From Verrucomicrobiota bacterium (lineage in GTDB: Bacteria; Verrucomicrobiota; Verrucomicrobiia; Limisphaerales; UBA11358): a stretch of 64,000 nt of DNA. The position numbers and the translations under genes were made by a program. This document shows positions 41,444 to 52,237 of this stretch, piece after piece. The stretch is taken from contig JBEKXN010000011.1 in the NCBI GenBank assembly GCA_049511835.1, forward strand, positions 19,015-83,014. The letters are read 5' to 3'. Position 1 is the first letter of the stretch. Every line of letters begins with the position of its first letter. The notes below the pieces were generated by a model. That model did not search any database. It worked only from the letters and a program-made list of their open reading frames with translations, and was not told the origin of the DNA.

Positions 41444-42967
41444 TCAGACCTGGGTGTTTTTGGAAATGAACTTCACGCCGTAACGGCGCGCGATGAGGTT
41501 CGCCGCGATGCGGCCCGATTCGTAAATCGTGGGCAGGCCGCTGCCGGGATGCGTGCCACCACCGACGAGATAGCAGTTGTCCAGCTCCTCGAATTTGTTG
41601 CGCGGGCGAAAATACAGCATCTGGTTGAGCGAGTGCGCGAGATTGAACGTCGCGCCGAACTGGATGTTCATGTCCTGCCACGTCTGCGGCGTGAACACGA
41701 TTTCCTCCCGGATGTGGCTTTTGATGTCCGCCATGCCGCCCCGCCTTTCCATCACCGCGAGGACCCGGTCGCGGAACGCGGATTTCTCCTTCGCCCAATC
41801 AATCTTCGCCGTGCGGTTCGGCACCGGCACGAGGACGTAAACCGCGGAATGTCCCGGCGGCGCGAGCGCGGGGTCGGTCACGCTGGCGTTGCGGACGTAG
41901 AAGGAAATGTCCTCGGACAAGACCTTGTTTTGGAAAATATCGCGGATATTGGACTTATAATCGCCGGCAAAGAAGATCGTGTGGTGCGGCAGGTCATAGA
42001 CCTTGTCGAGGCCGAGATACAGCATGAACGTCGAACAGGAATACTCGCGCGCATCCACTTTTTCCGGGCTGTATTTCTTCAACCCGCCCGGTGGCACGAG
42101 ATGTTTCATCGCATAACCGAAGTCCGCATTCAGCACCGTCTCGTCGGCGAAAACCTTTTCGCCGTCCGGCAACTCCACTCCGCGCACGCTGCGGCCTTCA
42201 AGCACGAGTTGTTTCACCGGCGTGCCGAGGCGCAGGTTCACGCCGAGTTCGCGGCACACCTTCGCCATCGCCTCGGAGATTTCGCTGAGGCCGCCCATGA
42301 CGTGATACACGCCGAACGCGTGTTCGACATAAGGCAGAATCGCGAAGGCGCCGGGACAATCCCACGCCGACATGCCGAGATATTTCGATTGGAACGTGAA
42401 CGAGAGCTTGAGTTTGTCCTCTTTGAAATAATCGCCCAACACACCCAGCAGCGAGCGGCCGAGCGAAAGGTTCGGCAGCGCCTTCAATAAATCGCGCGTG
42501 AAATACTGCCTGATGGTGGCGTAGTCCTTCTGGAGGCACGGATACATCAACCGAAACCGGCGCTGCTCCGTCTTCATGAACTGGTCGTAGCCCGCGCGGT
42601 TGCCGGGAAAATGCGCGTCCAGTTGCTGTAGCATCGCCTCGCGCTCCGTCGTTGGCTCAAGCCGCACGTCCTCGAACTGCAACCAGTACATCGGCTCCAG
42701 CTTCACGCACTTCAGGTAATCGGCGATGTGCCGTCCAGCCTCCTCAAACACTTCATCGAGGATGAACTTCATCATCAGAAACGTCGGGCCGGTGTCGAAC
42801 TTGTAACCGTTGCTCACGATGGCCGCGTTGCGACCACCCACGTGCGGCTCCTTCTCAAAAACCGTCACTTGGAAGCCGCGATGGGCAAGCAACATCGCCG
42901 CCGTGAGACCTCCCGGCCCGGCGCCCACGACGATGATATGTTTCTGCGAATCGTTTTGCCTCGTCAT
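41444..42967 (-). CDS. Phytoene desaturase (CrtI/CrtN) family FAD oxidoreductase
   Basis: GAGPGG, FDTGPT, YLVGGGTHPGSGLP. Confidence 0.88.
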   Translation of the reverse strand: MTRQNDSQKHIIVVGAGPGGLTAAMLLAHRGFQVTVFEKEPHVGGRNAAIVSNGYKFDTGPTFLMMKFILDEVFEEAGRHIADYLKCVKLEPMYWLQFEDVRLEPTTEREAMLQQLDAHFPGNRAGYDQFMKTEQRRFRLMYPCLQKDYATIRQYFTRDLLKALPNLSLGRSLLGVLGDYFKEDKLKLSFTFQSKYLGMSAWDCPGAFAILPYVEHAFGVYHVMGGLSEISEAMAKVCRELGVNLRLGTPVKQLVLEGRSVRGVELPDGEKVFADETVLNADFGYAMKHLVPPGGLKKYSPEKVDAREYSCSTFMLYLGLDKVYDLPHHTIFFAGDYKSNIRDIFQNKVLSEDISFYVRNASVTDPALAPPGHSAVYVLVPVPNRTAKIDWAKEKSAFRDRVLAVMERRGGMADIKSHIREEIVFTPQTWQDMNIQFGATFNLAHSLNQMLYFRPRNKFEELDNCYLVGGGTHPGSGLPTIYESGRIAANLIARRYGVKFISKNTQV

Positions 42968-43418
42968 TTGACGCTAAGGGTAGTGCAGAAAAGGGAAGTT
43001 GCAAACCAGAGCTTTTAGTGACAAAGCGTGGATCATTACTTGCCTGACGGGAGATGTTCGACGTGAAAATTGCCGGTGCGATTGTGGTAAATCGCCCGCT
43101 ACTCGCAGCGGCCATGATTTTGCAGCAACTCGGTTTCACCTGGCCAAAGCTTTCAAATTTAACCCGTACTTTTCGTGGTTGACATTCATCCACGAAAAGC
43201 TCACGGTTTCATCAACCCGGCGCTGTTAACATCAAGGGCCACTTGAATGGTTGCGGCGTATTTAGAAGACTGTGCTTTTTGCTGCGGTTGCGCCCAAGGC
43301 GGCATTCGGGGATTTCTTTTAATTTTCTCCGTCAGATTGGCTCCCGGAATTTTGATCATCACCACCGGTGGCGGGTTCTTCCACGACAGGGACCGGCCAC
43401 TTTTAAGGAGTCTCCACT

Positions 43419-46400
43419 ATGAAAACTAATCACTGGAAATGGGGCTTTTTGGCCTTGGCGATCGGCTTCTTTTGTTTGTTTCTCGTGCTCCAGAAGCCAC
43501 CACCACGAATCCCGGCACCGGAGGCAAATATGGTCGCGGTGAAAAAAAATCAGAATGCACCCGCCAAAACCGGTTTACCAGCCGTGGCACCTCGAGCGAG
43601 TGCGGAAAACCGGGAGAAACAAATTTTGGTTGCTTCACGCGCACCAGTGTCCTGGCAAACGGTACACGTGCCGCCGCCGCGCGAAATGCCACCGCGCGGC
43701 GTGCAGACTCTGGAGAACGGAGGCTTCGCCTACCGGGGCCATTATCAGGCCCGGCTGCCGGGCGAACTGTCCGGGGCGGACCGGGTTGTCCTGGCAGGCA
43801 AGGATAACGATGAAAACGCGTGGGTTTCCTGGGCGCCGGATCGCGAGATGGCCTGGCTGGATGCCACGGGCGCAGCGACGCCGGCAGGAAGGATGGAACT
43901 GGGGCCGGCTGAACGGGATGGGAATGTGATCAAATACCGGGGTCTGGCGGGGACGGCAGCGGACATGACCTACGAATTCCAGCAGGGCAAGCTCAAGGAA
44001 GACATTATGATTTCCGCCCTCGGTTCGCCACCGGTGGGGGCGGAATATCTGGCGCTGAATTTTCAAGTGGCCTATGCGCCAGAATTGGAAGTGAGAACGG
44101 ATAATGAGCCGGCTCCGGCGATGTTCGAGACCGGCCACGGCATCCAATTCTACCGCGATGGCCGCATGGCGTTGCAACTGTTTGCTCTCAATGCACGGGA
44201 TGCCCGGGGCAATCCAACTTTCGGGCGCTGGCGCTTTCAGGCGGCACAGGGCAAGGGAACGTTGACTATTCTTATTCCGGCGAACTGGCTGCGTTACGCG
44301 GCCTATCCGGTGACCATTGATCCTTCGAGCGGTTCGGGCACTCCGCCTTTCGGTCGGCTGCGATTCTGGCGGGATCAAGAGCTTTGCTTTATGGATCACG
44401 ACGTAAATTACGTGGGTACGTACGATGACCCAAACAAAATCGAAACGCACGCGGTTGGACCGGAGGTTGCCAGCTATCAAGACATCACGTGCGGTGATCT
44501 TAACGGGGACGGTTACGATGAACTGGTGGTTTTGAAACCCTCCACCCCGGGCCAAGCCACGGAAGTAGTGATCAATGATGTCCACAACAATACGCAATAC
44601 GTCCGAAGCGTGCTGGATGCTGGCAACACCGCTTTGCGGATTACGTCCGGGGACGCCGACGCTGATGGCAAAGATGATCTGTTCCTGCTTTACATGGATG
44701 CGAGTGGGGATTACTGGGTTCGCTACCTTCACACGTTGGATAATTTTAACTTTGAGTTCTCCGAACTGGTGGGTTATGTCGGCTTCAATGTTATGGATAT
44801 CGTGGCGGCCGATGTGGATGGGGACCTTGCGGACGAGGTGGCCATCCTTTATGAATGGAACAACGGGGACTACAACGGCGCCATAGACGTGTGCAGTGTC
44901 GACAACCATTTCCCTTTGACCACCATTACCACGAATTCGTGCAAGAATTTCAGGACGATCGCCAGGGACGGGATCGGCAGGTCCCATGGCGAGCGCATCC
45001 ACTCGGTTCATCCCCGGGCGATAGCGGCAGCCGATCTGGATCAGGACGGCCGCGATGATCTGATCGTTTTGAACGATTACTGGGACAATCTGCAAGATCG
45101 GCTAAAGGATGGCGCGGGCTGGGGCTTACACTGGGAGCCGCTGGAATATTATCATTCTCAAAATATCGAGATCTTCAATGCATTCAAAGGCTGTTCGGAC
45201 AAATCGGATAACTCGGTGTGGAGAGACAGTTGGAAGCAGCCTCACCTGATGGATATTGTTGCGGGGGACCTCTACCTCTGCGGTACCAACCGGGTCTATG
45301 TTCTGAGCAGCGACGGAGAAGTTTATTACTCAACGCCCTTCGACATGACCTACGGCCCGGTCTACACGCGATTCCAACAGGAAGGTACTTTTTGGCTCTA
45401 TCCCGGCATAACCAATTTGGCGATCGGAGACGTGGACGGGGACAGCGTGGTGGCACAGTACACCAATTGCTACACGCACGTGGAGCGCGTCCTCGCCGCC
45501 TATGAAGAGATGCCGCCGGCATGGGACGGAATAAATCTGGACCAAAGCACCCTTTCCATCGAGGAGGGAAAGGCAACTAGTGAGTGCTTGGAGGGCAAAG
45601 TTTCGATGACCACGGAGATAAGCATCGGAGTGGAAGCGGAGGCCGACCTGGAAATCTTCACGGTGAGTGACTCAATCAAATCCAACATCACGACAGCAGT
45701 GGAACATTTTGATAGTACAGAACTGGAAACATCCGTGAGCCATGACTTTACCTGGCCGGAGATGGATGAATACGGGAATCTGTTCAGGGACGATGGACTG
45801 TTGGTTTTTGATGAAACTCAGAACGTTTATGAGTACAGGGTCCTCAACCCGCGAAAGGACCATGACGACCCTTCCTACTTTGTCGTCATCGGCGCCGCTG
45901 ACCCCGTCCCCGGGTACCTGTCCCGCCATACCTACGAAACCGAAGAAAACGTCAGTCTGGGGTTAATCGGCAATCGGATCATCGGGCGGGTAACCACCTA
46001 CCCCACAAACGCGCCCGCTCAATCGATTCATACTAACTCGCCCGGTAAACTCATTGAAAGTGGCGCAACTGACATTTTAACCTTCACGAAAAACGAGGGC
46101 GGCGGCGACACTATAACGGAAGGTTCCGGCATTGAAGGCGAGTTCAGTGTAGGTGCGGGCGGTATCAAGGTCACCGCAGCTTTCAATAGAAAACGGGAAA
46201 CCAGCTCCACTTTCAGCACGAGTATCTCCACGAACACCGCTTTCAGCGGACACGCTGGCGGCCCAAGAGTAGAGGCGGCCGGGTACGAATTTGGCGGGTA
46301 CTTGAGGGTTGAGGAAACTCCCGATGGCAAGCGGGACTATTTTCACTACGGTTTTTACGTGCCGCTGGAGGGCCGGGGAGTCGGCTTTACAGGCTCCCCG

Positions 46401-49400
46401 ACCTTCAGCAACTATTCCGGACCGCCGGACGAGGTTCCAACCAACCAAAACACCGCGTCCATAACGATCGACGTCTACGACCCCATCGGCCTCGCGTCGG
46501 TGACCTACAAGATAATACAGGGCACGTTCGAATGGATTCATTCCACGCCCATGGATACTCCCCCCACCTTGTCCACCCACCACACTTACTCGGCGGAATT
46601 CCCGCTGGCCGGGCTTCCCAAGTTAGAGGACCTCAACATCGTAATCACCGCCACAAACAACAATAACAACTCAGCGACCTACACGCTTTTGGGTTGTTAC
46701 CGCTCCGGCTCGATGGATGAGGGTGCCGGCTACCCGGTTTTTCGTATCGTGGATTCCCAAACCAACCCGCCCGTGCCGGTCATTACCGGCGTGAGCTCCC
46801 CCCCGAACATGGAAGGTGACAGCGTCATTTTCAACGGCAGTTCCAGCGGCGAAGGGGTGACTCTGACATGGAACTTTGGCGACGGCTCGGCTGTCGCCAG
46901 CGGAACCAGCGTCTCGCACAATTACTACAAGTACGGCATCTACACCGTCACTCTCACGGCAGTGTCCACCAACGGCACGTCCGGCAGCACCAATCTCTCC
47001 CTGAGCATCTCGAATGAGCCGCCCAGGAACCTGTTCATGTCCATTTCAACCAATACCGTGCGCGAAGGACAGGACTTGACAGTGTCCGGGTACTTCCAAG
47101 ACCCGGGAATGCAGGATTCGTTTACCGTCACTTGGGATTTTGGCGACGGCAGTACTATGTTCGGACGCTGGGAGCCTTATGACACGAACAACTGGTTTTC
47201 AGCGCTTTCGGAAGAACACATCTATCGGGTAAGCGCAGACACGAACGTGACAGTCAAACTTACCGTAAATGACGGAGTGGCCAGCACATCGATTACGACC
47301 AACCTAGCAGTGAAGCACAACCACCCGCCCAGCGTCCCCACCCTGGCCAGTAATAATGTGCCCGCGTATGGCGACAATTACGACCTCGACCTGGCCAGCG
47401 CCACCACCATCCACGCCACCTGGCAGGTGAGTGACCCGGACGGTGACACGGTGTTCTGCTACGTCTATTTGACGCAGGACCTTTCCAAGCCGGTTGAACG
47501 CGATGCCAATCTGGTGCCGAATTCCAACCCCACCAATCAGCAGGCCGACTTGCCGATCAGCAGCGAAGGGGTTTATTATTGGATGATAGTGGCCAAAGAC
47601 GCCTACGGTGGCGTTACCCGCTCCGACCTGTTCACTTTCCAGGTGGATGATACCGCGCCAACATGGTCCGACACGACCGGCATTTGCCAAGCCATACTGG
47701 AAAACGGCACTGTAACAGTTGCTTTCGGGGAAGCCAGCGACCCGTCTGGCGTGAAATACAATCTTTATTTTGACAGCAAGCCCCTGACCTTCAGCGCCGC
47801 AGAACGGGTGGCGGACATCCTCCTTGCGGAAGGAGAGGACCTGTGGCCCTGGACTAGTTCGCTCCTGCTCAATCTGCCTCCCGGCAAGGTGTACTACTTT
47901 GGTGTGCGTGCCGAAGACCGGGCGGAGAGTTATCCCGGCTATGCTTACCCGGGCGGAAGCCGCATTCCCAACGAAGACCAAAACACCACGGTCAGAATGG
48001 CCTACGCCACGCCGGGCATCAATGTGACCTGGTCGCTCCAGCAATTGAGCGCCCAGGCCCTGGACGACAACGGTAATCACATCGTGATCTCCGATGGCGG
48101 AGGCGTCTTCACTGCCAAAGGCAGCCTGACCATTTCGGCTAGCGACACCTTGGTGATTGCCCCGAATGAAACTCTGCGCTTTGACGACACCACCGGCAGC
48201 TATGGCTTGAACGTGGTGGGCACGTTGCAGAGTTCGGATCACGGCGACCAATGTTCCCGAGCCTTGGTGGTGGGCTTCACGGAAGAACATGGCAGTCCGA
48301 CCCCCGGCGCCGCCAGTCTTATCCAATCATTGCAGGCGCTCGGAGTAAACACCACTTCCCGGACGGGCATGGTTTCCACGGCAACTTTGGATGAGTACGA
48401 TGCCGTCTTCGTCGCCCTGGGTTGTTATCCTTACGCGCACACTTTGACCACCAATGAGGCAGCCCAATTGGAAGGGTATCTGACGAACGGCGTCGGCGGG
48501 TGCGCCCTTTACATGGAGGGCGGCCGTTGCTGGTCGCAAAGCAACATCGCCAGCCTGCGCGCCCGGTTCTCGGTATCGGGCATGCCCGGCAACACGAACT
48601 ATTTTCAAGGCATGGCTGGAGCCGGACCCGCCGCTGGGCTTAATTATCCTGCGCCGTGGGCCGGTGAGGCCAACGCGGATGATCATTTGACCAAGTTGGG
48701 CAATGCCACGGTGTTGCTGACCAACAAAGGCCCGTCCTATCCCATCATGATCAGCGCCACGAACATTCAGGGTTACCGGACCGTGGCGTCCGTGGCCGAG
48801 TTTGGGGGATTGGCTAACAACACGAACGGATCAGGTGGACGCTCATTGATGCAGGTCCTTCTCCTCCAGTCACTGACGCCTGGATTCGCTGGCCAGTGCG
48901 GGGACGGCGGCCCGAAATCCATCGTCTCGGTGGGAGGTCATGTGGGTGACTGGTACGGTATCACCGCTTCGCTGGGTGGTAATGGCGGGTCGATCCAACT
49001 CGCCAATACCACTGTGGCCGATGCCCAGACCGGGCTGGCGGCTTCCGGAGCCACGGTGGACCTGGAAAACTGCACCATCCAGAATTGTTCCGGTCATGGT
49101 GTGTTTGTGGCCGTGTCTCCCCAGGTCACCGTCAATCTCTGTTCCATCCTCAACAATGGCGAAGAAGGTTTTGCCGGAATCGATCATCCCGGCACCTTCC
49201 AGAACAACAGTGTCTCGGGCAATGGCGGAGATGGCGTTGCCTACGAGCAGCCCGACACGGGCCAGGCTTTCGTCATCCAGAACAACATGATCCAGCAGAA
49301 CGGGAACAACGGCATCAGCCTGGGTTGGGCCGGCGCCAACGTTCAAGTATTGAACAACCAGGTCTCTCAAAACGGTGCGGTGGGAATCTACATGGCCGTT

Positions 49401-50822
49401 TACGGCATTGGCGGGGTGGGACCGCAGATCAACAACAATACGGTTACTTTAAACCAGGACGGCTGTTGTTTTGTTGACGGCGCACAACCCAAGCTGCGCG
49501 GAAATACCATCATCAACAACACGCGTTACGGCGTCTATGTCTCCGAATCGGCAGCGGACCTTGGCACACCTGCGGATGCCGGCAACAACACCATTCACAG
49601 CAGTGGCTCCGGATACGATGCCTACAACGCCACGCCCGCCAGCATCCCCGGCGGGTCTGCGGTCAACGCCGTGGGCAACGCGTGGAATCCCAATCCTGCT
49701 TTGCCTCCCATCGAATCCCAGTTCTATCCCGGCGCGCTCAATGACGGTTTTAACTATTGCCCGTTTTTGGGCGGACTACTCCCTTGCAACGGACAGGCGG
49801 GTCAAACGCCCGTGACGGTGTCCGCGGTGCAGCACGGCTTCGGCCTCGACGTATCCTGGACGGTGACTCCGCCCAACCAATTAACCGATTACGTGCTGCA
49901 CTATGGCTATTCGACGGGGGTTTACCCGTTCGCCATGGGGGCTGATACCAACCTTTTCGCCCACATTGACGAAGTTACTTTGGGAGTGCCTGTGTTCCTG
50001 GCGGTCTCGGCCGTGGACACCACCACGGGCGGACGTCTCCTGCCGTCAGTGGAAACCAACCTGGTCACGACCTGGGCCGATTTGGCAATCCAGTCGATAG
50101 TGTCGCCCAGCGACGTCATCGCCGGCCAGCCGTTTCAGTTGAGTTTCACGGTCACCAACCGTGGGCCGGCCACTGCGCCCGGCGTCTGGGTGACCAACAC
50201 TCTGCCACTCCAAATGAGTGTCTCGAATATTGTCGCGGGCATCGGCTCCTTTACCACCAATGGCGGCCGGATCCTGTTCAATGCGGGAAACATGGCGCCC
50301 CTGAGCAGCGGCCAGTTCACCTTCACGCTCATTCCAACCAACACGGCGTTGGTGGTGATGACCAACTTCGTGCAGGCGGCTTCCGGTTTGGCCGACCCCG
50401 TCCCGTACGACAATCAGGCTGTCATCTTCATTACCTGCCACGCGGATAATGATCGTGACGGCATGCCCGACGATTGGGAGGTGCTTTACGGCCTGTCGCC
50501 CACCAACAGCCTGGACGCGCTGCAGGACCTTGACGGCGACGGCGTCAATAACCTGAATGAATACCTAGCCGGTACTAAACCGGACCGCGCCACCAGTGTC
50601 TTTCGCCTGACCGGCCTTCAGATCAGCAACCACGTGGTCCAAGTCAGCTTTTCAACCGCCACCGGCAAGCAGTACTCTCTGGAGCGTTGCACGAACCTCC
50701 TCAGCCTGGTGTGGGTGACCGCCAAGGATGGATTGACGGGGAATGGCCAACCCGTCACGGTATTGCTCTCGAACGAGCCGCCGTCAGAAACCACCTTCTA
50801 TCGCGTCCGCCTGGTTCGCTAA
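43419..50822 (+). CDS. 2467-aa secreted multidomain protein (FG-GAP propeller, PKD, FN3-like, beta-helix, DUF11, Ca-binding repeats)
   Basis: RBS AAGGAG; N-terminal TM; GDLNGDG-type repeats; two WxFGDG; NN-rich beta-helix; ADLAI..VTNRGP; DNDRDGMPDDWE; ends FYRVRLVR. Confidence 0.85.
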   Translation: MKTNHWKWGFLALAIGFFCLFLVLQKPPPRIPAPEANMVAVKKNQNAPAKTGLPAVAPRASAENREKQILVASRAPVSWQTVHVPPPREMPPRGVQTLENGGFAYRGHYQARLPGELSGADRVVLAGKDNDENAWVSWAPDREMAWLDATGAATPAGRMELGPAERDGNVIKYRGLAGTAADMTYEFQQGKLKEDIMISALGSPPVGAEYLALNFQVAYAPELEVRTDNEPAPAMFETGHGIQFYRDGRMALQLFALNARDARGNPTFGRWRFQAAQGKGTLTILIPANWLRYAAYPVTIDPSSGSGTPPFGRLRFWRDQELCFMDHDVNYVGTYDDPNKIETHAVGPEVASYQDITCGDLNGDGYDELVVLKPSTPGQATEVVINDVHNNTQYVRSVLDAGNTALRITSGDADADGKDDLFLLYMDASGDYWVRYLHTLDNFNFEFSELVGYVGFNVMDIVAADVDGDLADEVAILYEWNNGDYNGAIDVCSVDNHFPLTTITTNSCKNFRTIARDGIGRSHGERIHSVHPRAIAAADLDQDGRDDLIVLNDYWDNLQDRLKDGAGWGLHWEPLEYYHSQNIEIFNAFKGCSDKSDNSVWRDSWKQPHLMDIVAGDLYLCGTNRVYVLSSDGEVYYSTPFDMTYGPVYTRFQQEGTFWLYPGITNLAIGDVDGDSVVAQYTNCYTHVERVLAAYEEMPPAWDGINLDQSTLSIEEGKATSECLEGKVSMTTEISIGVEAEADLEIFTVSDSIKSNITTAVEHFDSTELETSVSHDFTWPEMDEYGNLFRDDGLLVFDETQNVYEYRVLNPRKDHDDPSYFVVIGAADPVPGYLSRHTYETEENVSLGLIGNRIIGRVTTYPTNAPAQSIHTNSPGKLIESGATDILTFTKNEGGGDTITEGSGIEGEFSVGAGGIKVTAAFNRKRETSSTFSTSISTNTAFSGHAGGPRVEAAGYEFGGYLRVEETPDGKRDYFHYGFYVPLEGRGVGFTGSPTFSNYSGPPDEVPTNQNTASITIDVYDPIGLASVTYKIIQGTFEWIHSTPMDTPPTLSTHHTYSAEFPLAGLPKLEDLNIVITATNNNNNSATYTLLGCYRSGSMDEGAGYPVFRIVDSQTNPPVPVITGVSSPPNMEGDSVIFNGSSSGEGVTLTWNFGDGSAVASGTSVSHNYYKYGIYTVTLTAVSTNGTSGSTNLSLSISNEPPRNLFMSISTNTVREGQDLTVSGYFQDPGMQDSFTVTWDFGDGSTMFGRWEPYDTNNWFSALSEEHIYRVSADTNVTVKLTVNDGVASTSITTNLAVKHNHPPSVPTLASNNVPAYGDNYDLDLASATTIHATWQVSDPDGDTVFCYVYLTQDLSKPVERDANLVPNSNPTNQQADLPISSEGVYYWMIVAKDAYGGVTRSDLFTFQVDDTAPTWSDTTGICQAILENGTVTVAFGEASDPSGVKYNLYFDSKPLTFSAAERVADILLAEGEDLWPWTSSLLLNLPPGKVYYFGVRAEDRAESYPGYAYPGGSRIPNEDQNTTVRMAYATPGINVTWSLQQLSAQALDDNGNHIVISDGGGVFTAKGSLTISASDTLVIAPNETLRFDDTTGSYGLNVVGTLQSSDHGDQCSRALVVGFTEEHGSPTPGAASLIQSLQALGVNTTSRTGMVSTATLDEYDAVFVALGCYPYAHTLTTNEAAQLEGYLTNGVGGCALYMEGGRCWSQSNIASLRARFSVSGMPGNTNYFQGMAGAGPAAGLNYPAPWAGEANADDHLTKLGNATVLLTNKGPSYPIMISATNIQGYRTVASVAEFGGLANNTNGSGGRSLMQVLLLQSLTPGFAGQCGDGGPKSIVSVGGHVGDWYGITASLGGNGGSIQLANTTVADAQTGLAASGATVDLENCTIQNCSGHGVFVAVSPQVTVNLCSILNNGEEGFAGIDHPGTFQNNSVSGNGGDGVAYEQPDTGQAFVIQNNMIQQNGNNGISLGWAGANVQVLNNQVSQNGAVGIYMAVYGIGGVGPQINNNTVTLNQDGCCFVDGAQPKLRGNTIINNTRYGVYVSESAADLGTPADAGNNTIHSSGSGYDAYNATPASIPGGSAVNAVGNAWNPNPALPPIESQFYPGALNDGFNYCPFLGGLLPCNGQAGQTPVTVSAVQHGFGLDVSWTVTPPNQLTDYVLHYGYSTGVYPFAMGADTNLFAHIDEVTLGVPVFLAVSAVDTTTGGRLLPSVETNLVTTWADLAIQSIVSPSDVIAGQPFQLSFTVTNRGPATAPGVWVTNTLPLQMSVSNIVAGIGSFTTNGGRILFNAGNMAPLSSGQFTFTLIPTNTALVVMTNFVQAASGLADPVPYDNQAVIFITCHADNDRDGMPDDWEVLYGLSPTNSLDALQDLDGDGVNNLNEYLAGTKPDRATSVFRLTGLQISNHVVQVSFSTATGKQYSLERCTNLLSLVWVTAKDGLTGNGQPVTVLLSNEPPSETTFYRVRLVR

Positions 50823-50907
50823 CCGCCATTCTGGCCCGGCTTCGCCCGCGTCGGGATGGGTCTTGAACCAGTCGAGGACAGCTTGTTCGTAGTGGCTCGT
50901 TCCCGAC

Positions 50908-50949
50908 CGCCGCATTGAGCGCGTGCTGGTTAAGCTGGAAAAAGAATGA
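50908..50949 (+). pseudogene. Orphan gene 3'-end fragment (RRIERVLVKLEKE*), copy 2
   Basis: 34/42 nt identical to 17857-17898. Confidence 0.5.
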
Positions 50950-51043
50950 GTCAACCGTTCAAACAACTCATCGCGACAGTACTCTTTCGAATCGGCTTCC
51001 GCGAAACGCCTGACTGTTTCCGGAAACGGCAGGTTGCAATCCG

Positions 51044-52042
51044 TCAATGGACGGAAAGCTGCCACTGGTCGTCCGGTTCCATGACCGAACGCGGACCGGG
51101 GCCGTTCAGCCACGCCAGCGCGCTGGCATCGCCGCGCAGATACGCGTCCCAAAACGCCGTGGACAGCGCAAGAATCACGCGATGATGATTCGGATTCCGC
51201 GGCTCACGGTCCCCCGGCAACGCCCGGTCGGTGAAGACGGAATGTTCCGCGTTGTAAAGCACGACCTCATATTTCGGCGCGCTGTGGAGCGCCGGATACA
51301 CGGCCAGGCGCGACGCCACGTCCTGGTCGCCAATGGGTGCGACGTCCCTGGTGCCGGTCATCAGCATCCAGGGAATCTTTACCGCGCCAAAGGCCTTCGC
51401 CGCGCTGCCGGTCTTCGGGCTGCTGGGACTGAACGCAATGGCCGCCCGGATGCGCGGGTCGGTGAAGGATTGACCTTCCACCGGCAGGGATTCGCCGCTC
51501 ACCGCCTCCGTGGTCACCGCGCCGAAGGAATGACCGGACATCCCGACCTTTTTCAGGTCCAGCCGGCCGGCGAGCTGATTGGTTTTGGCCGTGTTCCAGA
51601 TTTCGAGCTGGTTCAGCACGGCGGTAACGTCGTGTACCCGCAACAGAAAATTATCCACCGAAGCCGCCTGGTTCATGGCCGGCATCCGCTGTCCCAGCGG
51701 CTCGTTCTTCCAGACGGAATCATCGCTGCCGGGATGCTGAAGAAAAACCGCCACGTAACCGCGCGCCGCCCAGTGCTCGCCGAGGAACGTGCTGCCCGTG
51801 CGTGTGCCACCCAGGCCGTGGCTGAACAAAATCACCGGTGCCGGCGCGGTGTTCGTGGGCAGATAAACGCGCACCGGAAGGTCGCGATTGCGCGCCGCGT
51901 CATGAACGGTCAGGTCCACGTGGGGCGGGTGGAACGCCGGGTCCACCGCCAGCGGATCGTAATTCCCTGCACATGCCTCCACCGCCGCCTGCGCCAGCAG
52001 CAGCAACAACACCTGCACAGCAATCGTCCAAACTCGTTTCAC
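51044..52042 (-). CDS. Secreted alpha/beta hydrolase (dienelactone hydrolase-like)
   Basis: FSHGLGG, HPGSD, GHSFG nucleophile elbow, TGTRD, AEH; GTG start assumed. Confidence 0.85.
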   Translation of the reverse strand: MKRVWTIAVQVLLLLLAQAAVEACAGNYDPLAVDPAFHPPHVDLTVHDAARNRDLPVRVYLPTNTAPAPVILFSHGLGGTRTGSTFLGEHWAARGYVAVFLQHPGSDDSVWKNEPLGQRMPAMNQAASVDNFLLRVHDVTAVLNQLEIWNTAKTNQLAGRLDLKKVGMSGHSFGAVTTEAVSGESLPVEGQSFTDPRIRAAIAFSPSSPKTGSAAKAFGAVKIPWMLMTGTRDVAPIGDQDVASRLAVYPALHSAPKYEVVLYNAEHSVFTDRALPGDREPRNPNHHRVILALSTAFWDAYLRGDASALAWLNGPGPRSVMEPDDQWQLSVH

Positions 52043-52237
52043 GCCATTCTTGACGAGCGGCAAAGCAGGAATGTTACAGCACTTGAGTAACTGACCGGAG
52101 TTATCAAGGGATTTGGCAGTGTTCCGATTTGGTTGTTGTAGTGTCGGCGCTATGTGCCGATTTCGAGCCACAGACTCAACGCGACAACAAATCAGGACAT
52201 AACCGGTGTTTGGCCGGTGCGGCTCCAGAAAACAGAT

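Noticed and set aside
50784-51152. 122-aa minus-strand ORF containing HYEQAVLDWFKTHP
   Set aside because: Overlaps both neighbours and the + strand tail fragment; may hold a gene scrap but I cannot assign it.
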